Origin: an uncultured Nitrososphaerales archaeon
Lineage (GTDB): Archaea > Thermoproteota > Nitrososphaeria > Conexivisphaerales > DTJL01
Length of the DNA stretch: 64,000 nt
Assembly: GCA_964475215.1 (NCBI GenBank)
Contig: CAYYVT010000187.1
Span: 3,506-67,505 of the forward strand
Direction: 5' to 3'
Shown here: positions 8,620 to 19,251 of the stretch, one piece after another
How positions within the stretch are numbered: position 1 is the first letter of the stretch
Layout of the letters: every line of letters begins with the position of its first letter
Made by a program: the position numbers and the translations under genes
Notes under the pieces: generated by a model
Database searches by the model: none
Seen by the model: only the letters and a program-made list of their open reading frames with translations
Told to the model about the DNA's origin: nothing

Positions 8620-10079
8620 CTTCGTATGTGTTCGATGGACGAGTAGTCTCTAAGCTCTATAGAGTGGTTTCCTCTGCTGTCGGTCCTAGGGACAGCACCG
8701 TATATGAACAGCCTAGCCCCTGGCAGAAGGCCACTTAGCACCCCGGAAAGGTTGCGCCAAGCGGTGAGCTTGCTTTCGCCAGTCTCATCTCCCACCAACA
8801 CTTCGCTAAGTGTGGTCGTCCTTCCGTCCCTCAGGACAATCTCCCTAGTAGATGGCTTGGCGAGTACGACGAGTTCGATTAGACCGGCCGAGTCCATGTT
8901 CGGAAGATCTTGAATCTTGAACTTGAATCCGTCCAGCTTATCCTTCGAACTGCTCAGGAGTTGAAGGTCAGCCTCCGTGAGACCCGGGACAAAGATTTCG
9001 TCCCCCTTAGTAGAATAATTGCTTAACCTGATCTGGTCGCCTGAGTCAATACTGTCGAAAAGTCGTGCCGATGTGTCCGCGGTCGCAAGCAGAAAGGTCC
9101 GTTTGCCCTTCCCTAGCAAGATAGACCTCCGCTGCCTTCCGCCGACGTCGTTCATGGGACCTACGGAGATGACTAGAAATGGTTCCTCTTCGTTCACAGA
9201 GCCCTGATCAGCCGCAGGAGAGGCTAACAGCTCAATGGTTGTGTCCTCGTTACCATGAAGCTCGCAGGTACCGTCTGGCTGTAACTTGGACTCGATGTTG
9301 ATAAGCCGGATTTCCATCCTAGGCTTAAGCTGTGACTCGTATTCGGGACGAGATGACCAAAGTACAAGCCGCATAGCCGGCTCGGAGGACGCCTTCTCAG
9401 ACAGCATGAGCTGGAGCACCTTGCCCTGCGACCCGTCCTGTCTCTGGAAGGATATGAGCCTAGGGTCGTTAACCACGAAACCCCTGACTACAAGGCCCCT
9501 TCTTGCGAACTTTATTTCGGACGACTTTAGGGTGATCGAATCTAGCTTCTTGAATCCGTAAGCATGAGAATCAAGCAACTCTATCTTCGTTTGGGGGTTG
9601 GAGTGGATTTCAAGCAGGTTATCCCGGCCAGTGCGCGTTGCGGCATTCGATATCCTAAGAGGTTCTCCAATCGAAATCGTGGCAAAGGAGGACTCTTTGG
9701 CTAGCGTATCCCAGAGCATGAGCTTCACGCTGATGCCATCGTCAAAAAGGAATACCGACCGATAGTTTCCGGTCGATCCGTCCTTTCTGTTGAAAGTTCT
9801 GGTGCCGGAGGCTGCCAAGAAATAGGCCTTGACGTTGATAGACACCATCCCGGGTCCTAGATCTTTTAGCGAATAATCGTTCAAGCTCATGTTGTTGAGG
9901 TCGATGTTCAGTTCGCTCGCAACTAGATAACTAGCTCCGGCGTCCGTCAGGAATCCGGAACCGACTTTCTTCTTCTTTTCTGCGATGAGGTCGAGAAGCT
10001 GCTCCTTGGTCAGGTCGCTCCGCTGTCTGATCATCTCGTCCAGAATCTTGTCGAGTTTGTCGTCAGGCAAGGGAGCCAA
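8616..10079 (-). CDS. replication protein A-like ssDNA-binding protein with about four OB folds
   Basis: TTG start. The N-terminal helical module (TKEQLLDLIAEKKKKVGSGFLTDAGASYLVASELNIDL) resembles archaeal RPA N-termini. It is followed by four repeats of the OB pattern (V...G.V...R.F.R.DG..G....L.DETG...L.W). No zinc finger seen. Confidence 0.6.
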   Translation of the reverse strand: MAPLPDDKLDKILDEMIRQRSDLTKEQLLDLIAEKKKKVGSGFLTDAGASYLVASELNIDLNNMSLNDYSLKDLGPGMVSINVKAYFLAASGTRTFNRKDGSTGNYRSVFLFDDGISVKLMLWDTLAKESSFATISIGEPLRISNAATRTGRDNLLEIHSNPQTKIELLDSHAYGFKKLDSITLKSSEIKFARRGLVVRGFVVNDPRLISFQRQDGSQGKVLQLMLSEKASSEPAMRLVLWSSRPEYESQLKPRMEIRLINIESKLQPDGTCELHGNEDTTIELLASPAADQGSVNEEEPFLVISVGPMNDVGGRQRRSILLGKGKRTFLLATADTSARLFDSIDSGDQIRLSNYSTKGDEIFVPGLTEADLQLLSSSKDKLDGFKFKIQDLPNMDSAGLIELVVLAKPSTREIVLRDGRTTTLSEVLVGDETGESKLTAWRNLSGVLSGLLPGARLFIYGAVPRTDSRGNHSIELRDYSSIEHIRS

Positions 10080-10137
10080 AAAAGAGGCCGCCTGTTCGTT
10101 ATATTAACCTATACGTCCCCGTCGAACGAGACAGAGG

Positions 10138-11925
10138 TCAAAGCATCAGGACAAACGCTAACTCGACCAACAGAAGACCGAGAATGAAGGCTAGGCCATT
10201 CTTGGTGGAGTTGAGTGCTTCGGTTAAGGTCGTTTCCATCCTCTCGAGGAGGTCGGCCTTCGGGAGGTTGACCTGCGCCACCCATTCATAGATACCGACG
10301 GAGGCTTTGTTCACTTCCTCTCTGGCGCGCCCGGCTAATTCTGTGACAGCATCCGCTATTTTTGTAGGAGGAGTGATTTCGCCAAGGATAGAGTATCCCC
10401 TCTTGTTTCTAATTCTGGCCGCGTTAAAGTGGGAATCTGAGGTACAGAACTCGAGAAGACGTATCGATCTGGCAGCGAGCATAGTCTTGATTTGCTCCCT
10501 GAGCCCCACGAGAGAGTTGTTCGAATCCACGGAGACTAAGGCGTAGTCGACGCCGCCAATCTCAAGAATCAGACATGCAAGGCCCCCGGCTCCTATGTCT
10601 GCGTTGCTGATTGAGCTGAACGTGAACTGTTTGCTAGCGGAGCCGACGCTGAACTCAAATTGGGCCGCAGAAAAAAGCTCCGAAGCGACCTCTTTGATCC
10701 CTTGTAGCGCCTGAGATTGAAGGGTATCAGACGGTGTTTCACCTATAGAGTTGTGGGCGTCTACGATGATAACCCTGCGATAGCCGATTTTGGCGCAGTA
10801 GTCTCTTACAGCTTCCCTAAAACTGGAGGGGTAGTCTTCTGATCCCTTTGGCACAGAAGTGAAAATACAGAGGGAGTCTCCGAACCGCATTCCGGTGACC
10901 ATGGTGTCTCCAGATTGTTTCGACAGCGGAATCGAGATTCGCGAGCTGAATGTGCCCTCCGTCGGCGGGATAGTCAACTGCGTAAGGTACCGTTCTACGT
11001 CCTTTGAGTTGATGAGATTCATGGAGTGGTCCACGGCGCCATGAAGGACGAGGATTTCGTCACAAGCTCTTCCCTTGAGGTGCCAGTAGATTTTACCTGG
11101 GAGATCGAAGGCTCCGACGGGGGCAAATGGGCCCGGATGGACCTCCGGCACGACCAATCCAGTCTTCTTGGATGCTCCTGAGTTGAACTCAACAAGATAG
11201 GTCGCTACGGATCCGCTCTCTCTGAATCCGGAAAGCATCGACTCTAGGGGACCGCCGTCTAAATTCACCCAAGCGGCGAGGAAAGCCTTGAGGAGTCTGA
11301 ATGAAGGGATAGGTATGGACTTCCTCGCCGACCGGTTGATCCAACCCAACGTCAGGAGCATGGCAGTAAGGTAGCCGAGGCCGAGGATCAAGGAGAGGAT
11401 GTCCACAGATAGCCTTTCGTAGTAAGCGAAGAGCGCAAAGAGAAAGATGAATGGAGCTACGTTGAGTGTAGAGATGGCCAGGGCGAGGAAGACGTTATCT
11501 GCAAACACGGGCCAGAATATGAGGACTCCGAACGCCAATGCTATGAAGAACGAAAACGATGCGGCGTCTGACGCGCCGGCGGGATTGAAGCCTCTGACCA
11601 ACAAGATTATGGACGAGGCGAATAGCCAGACTGCATCTACGATGGTAAGGCTCGCAGCTAGCCTCCTTGTGGTAGCTATCGGAGACAAGTGGGAGGAGAT
11701 GATTCTTGTGACCTGTAGGACCAAGGCTTGAAGGATTAGCATACCAAATATAGAGAAGAGGGAGGAGATCGTCAAGCCATAACAGTACTCGAAAGCCAGT
11801 GCGAGTAGGAAGACGACGGCGAGTTGCGTCGCAATTATAGAATAGAGAGACTTCGGCAGGACGAAGAGAAGCTGGAACCTCTTCGCCATGCTAGCTGAAG
11901 CGTTTTCCATTGAATCCTCGTGCAC
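10138..11925 (-). CDS. polytopic membrane protein with large C-terminal soluble domain (DUF2070-like)
   Basis: 595 aa. The N-terminal half has about 7-8 hydrophobic helices and the C-terminal roughly 330 aa are soluble, with one terminal helix. The family assignment comes from memory of this architecture only. Confidence 0.5.
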   Translation of the reverse strand: MHEDSMENASASMAKRFQLLFVLPKSLYSIIATQLAVVFLLALAFEYCYGLTISSLFSIFGMLILQALVLQVTRIISSHLSPIATTRRLAASLTIVDAVWLFASSIILLVRGFNPAGASDAASFSFFIALAFGVLIFWPVFADNVFLALAISTLNVAPFIFLFALFAYYERLSVDILSLILGLGYLTAMLLTLGWINRSARKSIPIPSFRLLKAFLAAWVNLDGGPLESMLSGFRESGSVATYLVEFNSGASKKTGLVVPEVHPGPFAPVGAFDLPGKIYWHLKGRACDEILVLHGAVDHSMNLINSKDVERYLTQLTIPPTEGTFSSRISIPLSKQSGDTMVTGMRFGDSLCIFTSVPKGSEDYPSSFREAVRDYCAKIGYRRVIIVDAHNSIGETPSDTLQSQALQGIKEVASELFSAAQFEFSVGSASKQFTFSSISNADIGAGGLACLILEIGGVDYALVSVDSNNSLVGLREQIKTMLAARSIRLLEFCTSDSHFNAARIRNKRGYSILGEITPPTKIADAVTELAGRAREEVNKASVGIYEWVAQVNLPKADLLERMETTLTEALNSTKNGLAFILGLLLVELAFVLML

Positions 11926-11976
11926 CTATTGCGGATTAATATCTAATCTCTTTCGTGGAGGCTAATAATGTTTCGT

Positions 11977-12147
11977 TTACTTAAGGAAGGCCAGCACCAG
12001 CAGAGATCCTACAATCAAGGCTACACCGAAGCCGACAATCACTTCGGGGTTCATCCTAAACCCTGGTGTATCATCCTCGAAGAACCGCAACAGTCCGGCG
12101 CTCGAAGCGGGTAACGGGGCCTTGTTTTTCTGCTTCTTTGCACTCAT
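11977..12147 (-). CDS. preprotein translocase subunit Sec61-beta (archaeal SecG)
   Basis: 56-aa ORF not in the track: MSAKKQKNKAPLPASSAGLLRFFEDDTPGFRMNPEVIVGFGVALIVGSLLVLAFLK. It has the diagnostic SAGL(L/I)R(F/Y)(F/D)(E/D)(D/E) motif and a C-terminal TM anchor. Confidence 0.8.
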   Translation of the reverse strand: MSAKKQKNKAPLPASSAGLLRFFEDDTPGFRMNPEVIVGFGVALIVGSLLVLAFLK

Positions 12148-12259
12148 GGTTGATTATACGCAGCTCGCACCACCATGATCCTGAAGCCGTTCTTATACGT
12201 TTAGCCTGTGCGTCGTTCTCAAAACAGGTTAAAATGCAAGCCGAACCTATGTCCTAACC

Positions 12260-13582
12260 ATGGGAATGGATGATGCTCACGCCGATTACGACAAGGTTTT
12301 TGAGCTTCTAAAAGCTCATCACAAATGGTTCTCGGAGAGCCTCCCCCTAATCGCTTCAGAGAACGTCGTGAGCGCGGCCGTTAAGGAAGCCATCGCCTCT
12401 GACTTCGGCAACAGGTACGCGGAAGGGTGGCCGGGGGAGAGGGTCTACGCCGGATGCACCTACATTGACGAAGTCGAAAGGATTGCAATTAAACTCGCCA
12501 AGCGGTTGTTCGGGGCGGAATTTGTGGATGTACGACCGGTGTCCGGAGTCAACTCGAACGTTGTCGTGTATACCGCTTTCGCAAATCCGGGGGATACCGT
12601 GATGGCCCTGTCGATTCCAAACGGGGGTCACATTTCCTACGGACGGAGCGAGCTAGGTGGTACCGCGGGAAGCGTCCGAGGCTTGAAGGTGGAGTACTTG
12701 GTCTTCGATCAGGAATCGATGAATGTTGACGTGGACGGAACGATTGCCAAAGTGAAACGACTTGAAACCGAAGGCATCAAACCCAAGATGGTGATATTCG
12801 GGGCCTCTGTCTTCTTGTTCCCACACCCGGTTAAGGAGCTTGAATCGTTCTTCCGTTCTGTTGGCGCCACGGTCCACTATGATGGAGCTCATGTTTTAGG
12901 GTTGATAGCTGGCAAGAAGTTCCAAGACCCTCTGCATGAGGGTGTGGATGTGATGACCGGAAGCACGCATAAAACTCTGCCAGGTCCGCAGGGGGGCATC
13001 GTCCTGTCGTGGGACAGATATGGCGAAACCATCAAGAGGGCCACCTTCCCAGGCAACGTTTCCAACCATCACCTTCACCACGTCGCTGGCAAGGCTGTAG
13101 CCTTCGCGGAAATGTTGGCCTTCGGAGAGGCGTACGCAGGAGAGGTGGTAAGCAACGCCAAGGCGTTGGCAGAATCGTTACACACCAAGGGTGTATCTGT
13201 CCTCGGAGAGAAGCTAGGGTTCACCCAGTCACACCAGGTGCTGGTGGATGTGACTAGGCAGGGCGACGGCGGGACTCTTGAGAAGAAACTCGAGGCAGCT
13301 AACATAATCGCGAACAGGAACATGATTCCCAGCGACATCAAGGCGGGAAGGCATTTTGATCATCCGGGAGGCCTACGCTTTGGGGTTCAGGAGCTTACCA
13401 GGCTAGGCATGAAGAAAGATGAAATGGATCGAGTCGGTGACTTGATAGCCAGGGTGGTGGTGAAAGGAGAGGATCCCGCTAGCGTTGCGGGCGAAGTCCG
13501 GGAATTCCGCCGCGAATATCAGCGAGTCCATTTTGCTTTCGCTTGCACTAAGGACGCCTACGAATATGTGTCCTTGAGGTAA
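12260..13582 (+). CDS. glyA: serine hydroxymethyltransferase
   Basis: SENVVSAAV...NRYAEGWPGERVYAGC and the PLP-lysine motif GSTHKTLPGPQGG. Confidence 0.92.
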   Translation: MGMDDAHADYDKVFELLKAHHKWFSESLPLIASENVVSAAVKEAIASDFGNRYAEGWPGERVYAGCTYIDEVERIAIKLAKRLFGAEFVDVRPVSGVNSNVVVYTAFANPGDTVMALSIPNGGHISYGRSELGGTAGSVRGLKVEYLVFDQESMNVDVDGTIAKVKRLETEGIKPKMVIFGASVFLFPHPVKELESFFRSVGATVHYDGAHVLGLIAGKKFQDPLHEGVDVMTGSTHKTLPGPQGGIVLSWDRYGETIKRATFPGNVSNHHLHHVAGKAVAFAEMLAFGEAYAGEVVSNAKALAESLHTKGVSVLGEKLGFTQSHQVLVDVTRQGDGGTLEKKLEAANIIANRNMIPSDIKAGRHFDHPGGLRFGVQELTRLGMKKDEMDRVGDLIARVVVKGEDPASVAGEVREFRREYQRVHFAFACTKDAYEYVSLR

Positions 13583-16500
13583 TCAAGTAAAATCTACAAT
13601 TGAGGTTTGTTTCTTATACTCGGAAAGTAGGCGAAGGTTTTCTAGGGCAAGTGTCACCTTGTCCTTGGTTGGTTGAGCGATGTGGTGGGTGTTAATCAGC
13701 TCGTTCGCCAGTAAGACATACTTTTCGACCGTGGAGAGGCTAACCGATGGGATGAGTTCCTTTCCACATGTTAGGCAGGTTCCTTTGAGAGGAGGTCGTC
13801 GATACACTTCGCCGCACCCTCTGCACCTGAATTCTTGAGTAGAATAGGCGTCAAGGGTGATAATGATCTCCTTAACGAGATAGTTATTGAGAAGCGAAGA
13901 GATTAAGCCATCTACGTCAACGGTCTGGATTTTAGTTGCAGTAGCGATTTGTCTACTCACTTTGTCGGGCATGGGCCCAGGGATAGAGTATGATGATCTG
14001 GGTTGCGAGGTGACCGTTGACGTTGACCAGTGGGTGTAAAGATAGTTCCTTCCAACTCTGTTGGCTTCTGAAGTAGCTTGCAGGATGCCTTCGAGTGAAT
14101 GTACAGAAGGCCTTTCGCTTGTCCTAAGGAAGAACTCTAGAGGGTACGAATCCAATCGATCGAAGAAGGATGGCTTTCTATGACTGAATGACGGAAGGAC
14201 GACGGGCTCAATCATCACCGGAGTGTCCAGTAACCCTGTGACGTGGTCAGGGCAAAGGCTTGGAGAGAAGTTCAACAGAACGTCCATGAGGAGGGTGATA
14301 GAATCAACATCCCCTCCACAGTCGCGATACTTGGCTGCATGCCAAAATGGATGGGCATAGCAGACCCGGGCATCGGTGAAGCCTATAATCCTGCCAACAA
14401 TACCGAGCGATGCCTCGGGAGAGATTCCAACTGCAAGGGCTCCGACGAGGTCTCTCTGGCTCTGGGCATCGTAGAAAGCTTTCACCTTGAAGAATCGTGT
14501 TAAGACATCGTCGAGATAGTTGGAAAGACGCTTGAGGTGGTCTCCGGAGTCTTGGGGAAGGATTATGTCTTGGGGCTTCAGTTCTACAATCTGGTCTTCC
14601 GATTCCAGAGGCTTTCCGAATTTGTCCGTCACATAGCCGAGTTCTTGCATCGTCTTCAGGTCCAAGTGAAACTGCAAAGGCTTGAAGTGTGTCAGGGGTG
14701 CATTGACTACATCGTATCTAACCGTTCCATCCTTGAAGCAGGTCAAGTTATGCCTTTGCCGGAGTATACCTTTCTCCAACCTTTCGGGTGTGCGAGAGCG
14801 GTTGCCGAGCTGGGATACCCCCTTGAGAGGAGGGTAGGGCTGTAGCCCAACCGTATCCGAGGCGGCACGAAGAAGATCTTGTGTATGAGGGACTACGTTA
14901 GTGTAAGGTAGTGTGTCGGCCTTACAATCAGGACATTGTTCGTTCATGCGTTCTCTCTTGCAAGAGGGGCAATAGTAAAGCTGCAGAGTCTTGGCCTCGC
15001 AAAACGGGCAACTTCCGTATGGAGAACTAGCTCCACAAGACCGACAGGACCTTATGTTTAGTTCGGTTACAGAAGGGATGTGATGTGATTGGAGGACATC
15101 CCGAGACTGAATTCCCTTAGTCCCCACAGGGAATAGCACATGAACAGGAGGTCTCATCTTGCGTTCATTGGAGATCTCGACCTTGCGCATTGCTACACCT
15201 ATGTATTGTGAGGACTTCCTCCTGATTTCAACGCCGGAAAGAAATCTGAGGAGATTAAGCGTATCAGAGTAAGATGTTCCGAGGGGGATTGGTTTGTCGG
15301 GAGTGAGTGTCAGATAAGTGGCTTTTGCGTCTTCGCCGTAGAGCTTGAGCAGAGGGCCTTGAACCTTGTGAGGTATATGAGCTAATTCTAGACAACGCTT
15401 GGCGTCGACGGAGTTGGTGATTGAGAGGGCTGCGGGCTCGGGCGGGTTTTCCTGAAAGTCTACAATGGCTTCGCGTAGAAAGAAGATGTCCTTTATCGTA
15501 AGGAGATCCCAGAAGAAAGAGTAACTAGGATGAAGCGGGACTTCCAGTATGTCAGAGAATTTCAGGGCCTCCGATAATGTAGGCTTTACGGTAAGGGAAT
15601 TCTCCAGCAAAAGCGTAAGTCTATCCAAATCAAGGGACGTCGATGTCGAGAGCTGTTGCAGGTTTAGATGTCTGTCTTCCATCGCCTTTCTGACGTCGGA
15701 AATCCACCATTCTTCGACATAACCCGAGGCCTCTAGGGGCTGGTTTGAGTGTAAGAACTCGCTTGGAGATGCAAGGACGTCTCCTAAATCGATGATTTTG
15801 TCGAGATGGTTCTTGCATTGTTCGGCCTCAAGGAGGTTATTGATGTTACGTACTTCTCCGTCCTGAAGGCGAACCATCGGAGGTCGCAGAGAGTCGACAA
15901 CGCCCGCGGTCCCGATACGGTTCGCGATGCTAATTTTGATTCTAGTGCCTGTGCTAAGGGGAGAATCGAGGAGCTCGAATACCGCGGGATGGAACCCAAA
16001 TGAACCGGAACCAGTGTTCTCCGCCCGTCCATACCTAAGTCGGAAGCTTCCGGGAGCATCCGGCAGAGAGAGGACAGGCTTGCCAGGCTTAGCATTTAGA
16101 ATGTAGGCGACTTCGCCCTTTGGCTCTTTGGACATGGGGTTGCTTTTGATTTTCGCGAGCCAATCCCATTCCGGAACTTGGAGAGCTTGAGCTAGCTCAA
16201 GCACTCTAGAGTGTTTACCTACAATCCCCTCGATTAGGATCTGCAGGGCTCCACCTCTTACTCTGTTGTCTTTGATTCGCTGAAGGTTACGATGTACTAC
16301 GACCTCGGAGTCTTCAGTACCCCTCCCGTCTATCTCCACCGGAATATTCTGGAGGACAAGGCGCAGGTCCTCCTCCGTTATCCGGAAAGTTGCGGCGTCG
16401 TGTTCTCGTTGATAGATTCCGATTTCTTCGATGAATCTGGATACTTCGTCGTCGCCGACCGAGTTCACGTGGTATTTCTCTAGACCGATCATGACTCGGA

Positions 16501-17038
16501 TTCTGTCGGCTATGAGAAGCAGGAATGCGCCTTCTATGGGAGTTAGGGTACTGCCAATTTGACCGAACAGAACGGCAGGGTAAGATGTTCCGTCACCGTT
16601 TTTCTTGATTACCACAGATGTGATGTCGCTGTAGGGGATCATGCTCACAGAAGATGTCACAACACTAAGACTAGCCTGGAGTGCGAGATTCATGATCTGC
16701 TCTTTGTTTAGAAAACCAAAACGACCTAATGCGATGTCTTCTGCCGACTTGAGGGCGAGCTGGGTGGCGGATAAGGAGGAGTCCATTTTTCTCAGGGATT
16801 CCGCGAATCCTTTGATTCCAGTTATCAGCTCAAGCCGGTCCGCCATGTCACAAACCTCTTGTGACTGCGGACTTGAGTCCAAGTCCACCCCTTCCTTCTT
16901 GGCTTCGGTGGCCGCAAATTTGGCTTTAGAGTAGTCTTCCGACAAACTGTCAAAGTAGGTTCGATCAAGAGAGCTGCTTTCTTCGTTAATCGCGTCGGTG
17001 ATTGATTTGGGTAAAGGGTGGACTTGGGAGAAGCTCAT
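13583..17038 (-). CDS. DNA polymerase II (PolD) large subunit DP2
   Basis: 1151 aa, with the characteristic PolD Cys clusters (CRSCGASSPYGSCPFCEAKTLQLYYCPSCKRERMNEQCPDC; C-terminal CRGCGEVYRRPPLKGTCLTCG) and overall DP2 colinearity. Confidence 0.9.
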   Translation of the reverse strand: MSFSQVHPLPKSITDAINEESSSLDRTYFDSLSEDYSKAKFAATEAKKEGVDLDSSPQSQEVCDMADRLELITGIKGFAESLRKMDSSLSATQLALKSAEDIALGRFGFLNKEQIMNLALQASLSVVTSSVSMIPYSDITSVVIKKNGDGTSYPAVLFGQIGSTLTPIEGAFLLLIADRIRVMIGLEKYHVNSVGDDEVSRFIEEIGIYQREHDAATFRITEEDLRLVLQNIPVEIDGRGTEDSEVVVHRNLQRIKDNRVRGGALQILIEGIVGKHSRVLELAQALQVPEWDWLAKIKSNPMSKEPKGEVAYILNAKPGKPVLSLPDAPGSFRLRYGRAENTGSGSFGFHPAVFELLDSPLSTGTRIKISIANRIGTAGVVDSLRPPMVRLQDGEVRNINNLLEAEQCKNHLDKIIDLGDVLASPSEFLHSNQPLEASGYVEEWWISDVRKAMEDRHLNLQQLSTSTSLDLDRLTLLLENSLTVKPTLSEALKFSDILEVPLHPSYSFFWDLLTIKDIFFLREAIVDFQENPPEPAALSITNSVDAKRCLELAHIPHKVQGPLLKLYGEDAKATYLTLTPDKPIPLGTSYSDTLNLLRFLSGVEIRRKSSQYIGVAMRKVEISNERKMRPPVHVLFPVGTKGIQSRDVLQSHHIPSVTELNIRSCRSCGASSPYGSCPFCEAKTLQLYYCPSCKRERMNEQCPDCKADTLPYTNVVPHTQDLLRAASDTVGLQPYPPLKGVSQLGNRSRTPERLEKGILRQRHNLTCFKDGTVRYDVVNAPLTHFKPLQFHLDLKTMQELGYVTDKFGKPLESEDQIVELKPQDIILPQDSGDHLKRLSNYLDDVLTRFFKVKAFYDAQSQRDLVGALAVGISPEASLGIVGRIIGFTDARVCYAHPFWHAAKYRDCGGDVDSITLLMDVLLNFSPSLCPDHVTGLLDTPVMIEPVVLPSFSHRKPSFFDRLDSYPLEFFLRTSERPSVHSLEGILQATSEANRVGRNYLYTHWSTSTVTSQPRSSYSIPGPMPDKVSRQIATATKIQTVDVDGLISSLLNNYLVKEIIITLDAYSTQEFRCRGCGEVYRRPPLKGTCLTCGKELIPSVSLSTVEKYVLLANELINTHHIAQPTKDKVTLALENLRLLSEYKKQTSIVDFT

Positions 17039-17050
17039 CGCCTTTTGGCT

Positions 17051-17803
17051 CTACATCTTGAGGTTGTGTACAGCGAAAGCAATATGCTTTAGGGTCTTCT
17101 CAAATCTTGGTGTTTCGATGAGGTTCCCAACGACGATTATGTCAGCACCGGCCTGGACAACCTTTCGAGCGCGTTCTTCACTTCGAATGCCGCCACCTAC
17201 TATCAGTGTGCCTCCGTAGAGTGCTCTGACGGTCTTTATGGTCTTCTCTGGTATGTTGTTGCTTACCCCAGATCCTGCCTCAAGATATACGAAACTCATT
17301 CCTAAGTACTCTGCGGCCAGGGCATAAAGTGCGACGAGCTCTGGTTTGTCTTGAGGGAATGAATGAACCCTTCCTATGAAGCCAGCAGCTCCTCCTTCGC
17401 CTGCTATGATATAGCCAGTAGGTAGAGGCTCAATCTTGTACTTCCTCACTAGGTATGACCCCAAAGCCTGTGCGCCAATGATGAAATATGGGTCCGTGGA
17501 ATTAAGCAGAGACGCGAAGAGTATTGCATCGGCCTGAGGAGAGACTCCGGTCACATTCCCCGGGAACAATATCACAGGAATGGTCACAGCCCCCTTGATG
17601 CGTTTGATGATTGAAGACAACATTAACTGATCAACGGCTGTAGACCCTCCGACCAAGATTGCGTCTGCGCCCGCAGCGGCGATCTTCCTCGCGATTGATT
17701 CCGACAACCCTGGGCTGGTGTTCTCTGAATCTATCAAAGCGAAGATGAGCGCCCTCTTGTGCTTAAGCTCTCTGGTTATGTACGAGCTGACGGCATGCTT
17801 CAA
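17051..17803 (-). CDS. geranylgeranylglyceryl phosphate synthase (PcrB/GGGPS family)
   Basis: 250 aa TIM-barrel pattern: LIDSE...ADAILVGGS...FPGN...YLEAGSG...LIVGGGIRS. Confidence 0.85.
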   Translation of the reverse strand: MKHAVSSYITRELKHKRALIFALIDSENTSPGLSESIARKIAAAGADAILVGGSTAVDQLMLSSIIKRIKGAVTIPVILFPGNVTGVSPQADAILFASLLNSTDPYFIIGAQALGSYLVRKYKIEPLPTGYIIAGEGGAAGFIGRVHSFPQDKPELVALYALAAEYLGMSFVYLEAGSGVSNNIPEKTIKTVRALYGGTLIVGGGIRSEERARKVVQAGADIIVVGNLIETPRFEKTLKHIAFAVHNLKM

Positions 17804-17806
17804 GTA

Positions 17807-18043
17807 TTACGCCCCGAGCTGACCCTTGTAGAAGGCGTCGACAAAGTCGTTGAAGACGTCAATGACTTCACGGGGTCTTCCTGGGTTCGTGTCAAAAACC
17901 AGGGCGCAAGACCCACATATTACGTGAAAGCCTTCGGGCTGCTTTATGACTTTCACTGACGGCGCCCCGCATCGGGGACAATTGAAAATCTTGGGAAGGG
18001 TTTTTCGTACGGGTTTGTACACCTTTCTGCGACGTCGTCCCAT
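17807..18043 (-). CDS. elf1: transcription elongation factor Elf1 homologue (zinc ribbon)
   Basis: 78 aa. Basic N-terminus (MGRRRRKVYKP) then FNCPRCG...VICGSCALVF, the Elf1 C4 ribbon arrangement. Confidence 0.75.
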   Translation of the reverse strand: MGRRRRKVYKPVRKTLPKIFNCPRCGAPSVKVIKQPEGFHVICGSCALVFDTNPGRPREVIDVFNDFVDAFYKGQLGA

Positions 18044-18105
18044 TCATCTCACCAGATTCGTTCCTAACTAGTGATTAGGACGAGTTATAAAGATATCAGA
18101 GCTGC

Positions 18106-18555
18106 TTGCTGCAGTCCCACTTAGCACTCGATGCTATTAAATATACATTTTTGTATTATATGTGTGTGCTAGCAACAACGCTCGAGAGTAAGGTTGTGAG
18201 AGCCCTATTCCTAAGGTCTCACTTCAAACGAGGCCAGCTCGACTCTCTCTTGGTGAAACATTATGCATATGCAAACGGCTACAGGGTGAAAGACGTCCTT
18301 AACCTAAAAGATCGTCCTGCTTCGCTGGGTTCGCTCGAAAGATCTGCAGCTCAGGCTGAGAGGGTTATCAGGAAATCCACTGCTACATTGATTTTGGCGC
18401 TGTCATTAGGACTTCTTGATTATGACGTTGTAAGCTCGATTCCGAAAGTCTCCAAGGCCCTAGAGGAGTTAAAAACCCAGTCTGTTGACGATGCACAATT
18501 GAACCAATTGATTAGCATAGTTGACGCAATTTTGAGCAAGTCATCACGTAAGTGA
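18106..18555 (+). CDS. hypothetical protein
   Basis: 149-aa ORF from TTG. TATA-like AAATATAC and TATTATAT boxes at about 18128-18155 suggest a shorter product starting near GTG 18163. No recognisable motif. Confidence 0.45.
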   Translation: MLQSHLALDAIKYTFLYYMCVLATTLESKVVRALFLRSHFKRGQLDSLLVKHYAYANGYRVKDVLNLKDRPASLGSLERSAAQAERVIRKSTATLILALSLGLLDYDVVSSIPKVSKALEELKTQSVDDAQLNQLISIVDAILSKSSRK

Positions 18556-18604
18556 TTGACTGGACAACGCTTATATCACACAATCAGTCACGTCCGGTAT
18601 AGCC

Positions 18605-19213
18605 TTGACAGATTTCCTCTCGGCAGGAGCCTTGATACTCTCTGTTGCGAGCCTAGGGTCTCTGGTACTGTTTCTGTTTTACCTGCCCACCCTAAGGAGA
18701 GCAGCGAAATCTTATCGCGATAGCTCCGCCATAGTATCTGGAATGATGGAAGAATTGAATTCCAGGGCTGCGACCCAAGATAAACGGTTAGCTGACATTC
18801 AAGTCAAACTTGAGGTGTTAGAAGAGCGGTGGCTAAGAAGTGGTTGGACTCCAACCCGTGCATCTGAGGACACCGATAGTCACGCGGGGTGGCTTGGGCG
18901 CGCGCCTAGGTCATCTGGTGGCGAACCAGGTTCCCCTCATTTGGTATCCTTGCCGACGGGTTTGGGTGGGAAAGTTAGCGCCCAACAGGCAGGGTCGAAA
19001 CCAACAAGGGTTGAGCTTTTTGTACTCGAAAGGCTTACGAGTGGACGATTAACTGCCCCTCAGGTGAAGGAAATCCTTGGAAGCAGTAGAGAACACGCTG
19101 CAAGAACAATGAAATCGCTAGCCGACAAGGGCCTAGTCGTTCGGGATCTATCTAAACGTCCGTATAGCTACGAATTGAGTGATTCTGGGCGCGGAGTGGT
19201 AACGGCTAGCTGA
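18605..19213 (+). CDS. membrane-anchored coiled-coil protein with C-terminal winged-helix (MarR/TrmB-like) domain
   Basis: N-terminal TM helix (GALILSVASLGSLVLFLFYL), a heptad-like region, and a C-terminal wHTH (ELFVLERLTSGRLTAPQVKEILGSSREHAARTMKSLADKGLVVRD). Confidence 0.55.
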   Translation: MTDFLSAGALILSVASLGSLVLFLFYLPTLRRAAKSYRDSSAIVSGMMEELNSRAATQDKRLADIQVKLEVLEERWLRSGWTPTRASEDTDSHAGWLGRAPRSSGGEPGSPHLVSLPTGLGGKVSAQQAGSKPTRVELFVLERLTSGRLTAPQVKEILGSSREHAARTMKSLADKGLVVRDLSKRPYSYELSDSGRGVVTAS

Positions 19214-19251
19214 GTTGGCTCGTCTAAATAGGGTACTTGGCCCTCGGCGGC

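Noticed and set aside
18070-18086. Palindrome CCTAA-CTAGTGA-TTAGG in the elf1/ORF18106 intergenic region.
   Set aside because: The arms are only 5 bp and the palindrome occurs once. It could be an operator, but it is indistinguishable from chance.
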